A stretch of DNA of 64,000 nucleotides from Podarcis vaucheri (Eukaryota), in the NCBI GenBank assembly GCA_965113315.1, contig OZ220363.1; one strand, given 5' to 3'. The position numbers and the translations under genes are program-made. Under the pieces are notes generated by a model, which did no database searches, was not told where the DNA came from, and worked only from the letters and a program-made list of their open reading frames with translations. Shown piece after piece: positions 60,201 to 64,000 of the stretch. Within the stretch, counting starts at the first letter, position 1, and every line of letters starts with the position of its first letter.

Positions 60201-62943
60201 GCTAATCCGCTAATCCTTTAATAGCCGCTAAGCCTTTAATAGCCGCTAATCCGCTAATAGGGTTGCTTCGCAAGACGAAAAAACCGCTAGACGAAGAGAC
60301 TCGCGGAACGGATTAATTTCGTCTTGCGAGGCACCACTGTATTTTGCAACATGCTGGCCTGGAGTGTGAAGGCTCTGAGTTCTTGGACCTCTGTTGCCTC
60401 CTCCAGCCTTTCCAAATTAACAATACTTGCTGCTTTTGCGGCCGAGACCAAACTGGTGTTGCTCTTTGCTACCAGCTTCTCGCTTGATTCTGGAACAACT
60501 TCAAGCTCATTTACCATTTGATTGCACAAGGAAGTAATTATTAATACCAGGATCACCACCGTTCTTTCATTACTGTTGCTGTGGGCTTGGAGCCGAGTCT
60601 GCAGATTCCTGTCAAATCACGAGGAAAGACTGTTCTATCAGGGATACAAATTGGGAAAAGTTTGGGATCAAGCCAAGTGTTTGCAGACACTCCTCTTGTA
60701 TAAGATGAGTCGTTTTGCTTGACTCTTGTTGAGATGAAGCAGTAGGCCCTCTCTCATCCTTTGCACTGAAACGTTAATGTCAACAATGTTGCTTTTGCAC
60801 AGGGACTACACAGTGCCAGTATTCCTGGCATCCTTGCTCTCGACTTGTGTCCTTCTGACACCAACAAGATCCTCACAGGTATGTTAAGACTTCTGTTTCA
60901 GTTCCTTTCCTGAGTAAAGTGTTAGGACAGTTTGAGCCAATGGGGTCCTTTGCTCTCTTCAAAAGCCACTTCTTCTCCTTTGGTTTCATGCTTGGGTTTG
61001 CATGTAGGTATGGGCAGATCAACCTATTTTCATTCCGGGTTACTTTTGCTTGTGGTTGATCTTGGGTCTATCCTGTCTGGGGTTTTGTAGATTAAAATGA
61101 AACTACAAAAACATTTCAGATATTATATACATTTGTCCTGTAAAGTACTCATTTCTGTATGCTTTCCAATGCATTTCTCCCTAAAATACTCATTTTTCTA
61201 TGAATTTTGTTTTTGCAATGCATGAGTCCCAATACAAGATGTGCTGAAGGAGTGTAGGGCGCTCTCCTTCACTGGGCCTTTGTGGTCTTTTTGTTTTCCA
61301 GGTGGAGCTGATAAGAATGTTGTTGTCTTTGACAAGACCTCAGAGCAGATCCTGGCGACACTGAAAGGTCACACCAAGAAGGTCACCAGTGTAGTCTTCC
61401 ATCCTTCCCAGGTAAAGACTGTCTTTTGTTGCCTGCTCCATTCCCTCCACCCCATGCCCATTATTTATATTTATTAAAATATTTAATATAACTTTAGCGT
61501 GTTGTTGAATTTCCTCTGCAGTTGCCTGAAACAACTGTATGATCTCCCTTGAGGTCCCCTTATAGATAGAGAATGCACTCCATAGGTCGTCCCTTGAGCT
61601 GATGATTAAGGACACAACTGTTCTGAATTCAGTAAACAAAGCTCTTGTTTCAGCCTAACTCTTCGGGCTTTATTTGCTCTCCCCTGCAGGAACTGGTGTT
61701 CTCGGCTTCGCCAGATGCTACTATCCGGATCTGGTCAGTCCCCAGTGTTTCATGTGTGCAGGTTGTGCGTGCCCATGAGAGTGCCGTGACAGGGTTGAGT
61801 CTCCATGCCACAGGCGATTACCTACTGAGCTCCTCTGATGACCAGGTGAGATCGAAACCAGAGGTGGTCAGGCCCAGACTGTGTTAACTGTAAAGCTCTT
61901 CATGCTAAAATGACATCTGCAAAATGTGAAGCTGCACTTGCTTATTTGCTTATTAGCTTTATTTTAAACATTTCTATCTCATTTTTTAACATAACAATTC
62001 TTCCAAAGTGGTTCACACTTTAGAGATAACAATTAATAAAACAATCTAGTTCACAATGAAAAGGTACAAACATTGACATTTTTTTTAAAAATCCAAAACA
62101 TAAAACAGTAAAGATTAGTCAAAGCAAGCTTTCCAGAAGAGACATTTTGCCATATACAAACCCTCCACCTTTCCTCTCTTTCAGTATTGGGCTTTCTCCG
62201 ACATCCAGACCGGCCGTGTTCTCACCAAGGTCACAGATGAAACTTCTGGCTGTGGTAGGGGCTCTTCATTTGGTATTTTGGTGAAACTTGCTTGGGTGAG
62301 GGGAGAGTCTGCATGTTTAGTGTGGTTTTGTTTCGCCATAATGTTAAACCATAGTTCAAGCATAGCTTTCCTCCAGCCTTGTTCACTCCCCTTCCAGTAC
62401 AGCCTCAAGGAGGAATCCAAAAACCGCTGCTTCTGGTTTTTGTGTAACCACAGCTTGCAGTGTTGGCTGAACCTGGACAAACCGAGTTGTCACGACTGTG
62501 GTTAATGGAAACAAGTTAATATCAAGTAATAGTTTATTTGCTTATTTCAACTGAGTTTATTTAAGGTTAATCACAGTTTAGCATGTTGCACAAACTCTAA
62601 ACTGTGGTTAATCTAAACCAGAAGTGGCAGCTTCTAATCTACTTATGATTGCACTGGGGAAGAAGGGAGACTTTCGATGAGCCTTGTGCAGAGGGCTAGG
62701 CTCATTCTCATAAAGCTGAACTATAGATTAGCGTCATTCCCAAGCACAGCTCATGTTTTGATACATGGGTGGAAGAAGGCTGGGTAGGGACTTCATTTCC
62801 CTATAGGAATGGCTTACTCTCAGCTTTGTGATGATTCACTATCTCCTTTCTCTGCAGCGCTGACCTGTGCCCAGTTTCATCCTGATGGGCTTATTTTTGG
62901 GACAGGAACAATGGACTCTCAGATTAAGATCTGGGACTTGAAG
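51235..62943 (+). CDS. PRPF19: Pre-mRNA processing factor 19 (U-box, coiled coil, WD40), exons 1-13 (380 codons); remaining exons lie beyond the window
   Basis: Exons 51235-51253 (MSLICS), 56810-56959 ([28 protein letters not shown]-box), 57889-57965, 58355-58496, 58600-58673, 58764-58826, 59233-59274, 59438-59512, 60803-60878, 61302-61411, 61690-61845, 62185-62254, 62858-62943 ([29 protein letters not shown]). All GT-AG; 1140 nt in frame. Confidence 0.98.
51898..52157. mobile_element. 260-bp Tc1/mariner-superfamily (Tc2/pogo-like) MITE
   Basis: TIRs CCGTATTTTTCGCTCTATAAGAC / GTCTTATAGAGCAAAAAATAGGG, TA TSD, repeated AAGACGCAC motifs and an internal 29-bp hairpin. Confidence 0.85.
53530..53805 (-). 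mobile_element. L2 LINE 3' end with (TTA)n tail
   Basis: Minus-strand [20 protein letters not shown], 3' stem GCCGCCCTGAGCCCGGCTTCGGCTGGGGAGGGCGGGATATAAAT, then (ATT)n. Confidence 0.8.
56043..56450 (+). mobile_element. Rex1/Babar-clade LINE 3' end
   Basis: [59 protein letters not shown], then CAATTTCGTTG...AATGACAATAAA and an (ATCT)n tail. Confidence 0.85.
60008..60339. mobile_element. 332-bp Tc1/mariner (pogo/Tigger-like) MITE in PRPF19 intron 8
   Basis: 22-bp TIRs (21/22) CAGTGGTGCCCCGCAAGACGAA / TTCGTCTTGCGAGGCACCACTG, TA TSD, internal GCAAGAC and CCGCTAA repeats. Confidence 0.9.
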
Positions 62944-63825
62944 GTGAGAAAAGGCTTGGAATATTGAGCTTCTTCATGATATCTACCTTAAGGATAGCTG
63001 ATGATGTTATGTGACACATATAGAATATTCCAAAGTGCTTTATAAATGCTGACTCCTTGTCCATATTGTTGAATGAGAAATTGCATAAAAGCTAGGCTTG
63101 CACAGTCTTATGAGATCTCAAAAGCCTGCTCTGCAATAACTCAGAACAGGGCTTTTGACATGACTGTCCCAGTTCTGTGGAAGAGCAATCCTGTTGAGAT
63201 ATGACAGCCACACGCTATCTGCACTTTTTGGGGAAAATGGAAGACATTTGTGTTCCAACACGCTTTCCCAGGTGGATAAATGGGTATTTGCCAGGAATGT
63301 CTACTTGTTAGGGTTTTAGTCTTGTTTTAAATGTATATGTTGTTTTTGTTGTTTTAACTGCTTTTGATTATATTATGTATAAATTGCCTTGAGACAGTGG
63401 TTTAGAAAGTAATTGATAGACATTGATTATAATGGTACTAATATGAGCAAGGAATACTCAAGAGGTGCTACTACTGCCCATTCTAGAGCTGGAACTAGAT
63501 TTAGAATAGCCAAAAATTCTACTACTATCTTCTAGATATCTCCTGTAGTTTTTGTTAAGTGAATGGTGCCACAGACCGCCTGAGTGGGTTATGCAAACCC
63601 TCTGGGGTCCACAGACCACCAGTTGAGAACCACTGAGTTAGAGACATCTCACATGGATGTCATGAGAAAGTGGTGCTTATTAACATGCTTAAATTTTCTA
63701 TACAATTTCAGCAGGAGTCTTCTAGGGCCCCTACTGCAAGTTCTCCAACATCAAAAGATTCATTTGCCACTGAAAACTCTTTGGAAGCACTTCATCTTTT
63801 CTTTCAGTGACTCTTAACCTGTTTT

Positions 63826-64000
63826 GGGGCCCACGCTGTGGGTTAAACCACAGAGCCTAGGACTTGCTGATCAGAAGGTCGGCGGTTCGAATCCCCTTGA
63901 CAGGCTGAGCGCCCTGCCAACCTAGCATTTCGAAAGCACATCAAAGTGCAAGTAGATAAATAGGTACCGCTCCGGCGAGGAGGTAAACGGCGTTTCCGTG
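63826..64000 (+). mobile_element. Sauria SINE, 5' part, cut by the window end
   Basis: Near-identical to 2330-2510 (TAAACCACAGAGCCTAGGACTTGC-GATCAGAAGGTCGGCGGTTCGAATCCCC) with a short internal deletion. Confidence 0.9.

Noticed and set aside
60008-60339. Regularly recurring GCAAGAC motifs resembling a repeat-spacer array
   Set aside because: Subterminal repeats of a TA-flanked MITE in a vertebrate intron, not CRISPR.

Overview
Vertebrate nuclear DNA from a squamate, most likely a lacertid lizard (inferred from Sauria SINEs and squamate L2, CR1, L1, Rex1 and MITE families). It holds the block syntenic with human 11q12.2. SLC15A3 (+) contributes its last 5 coding exons. TMEM132A (-) is complete (11 exons, about 1089 aa) and converges on SLC15A3. 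TMEM109 (-) is complete (about 240 aa) and lies head-to-head with PRPF19 (+), whose exons 1-13 are present before it runs off the window. All exons were placed by hand at GT-AG boundaries with consistent phase. Most supplied ORFs are intronic, antisense or CpG-island noise. I see no new multi-gene system. The most interesting signals are non-coding: a two-way poly(A) signal cluster between the convergent genes, a SINE-like sequence in place of the polypyrimidine tract of TMEM132A exon 9, a centre-deleted palindrome of two fused MITEs, a CpG-preserving MITE inside the TMEM109/PRPF19 promoter, ZNF143 motifs also carried by a MITE family, a pre-miRNA-like hairpin, and a candidate poison exon in PRPF19 intron 1.
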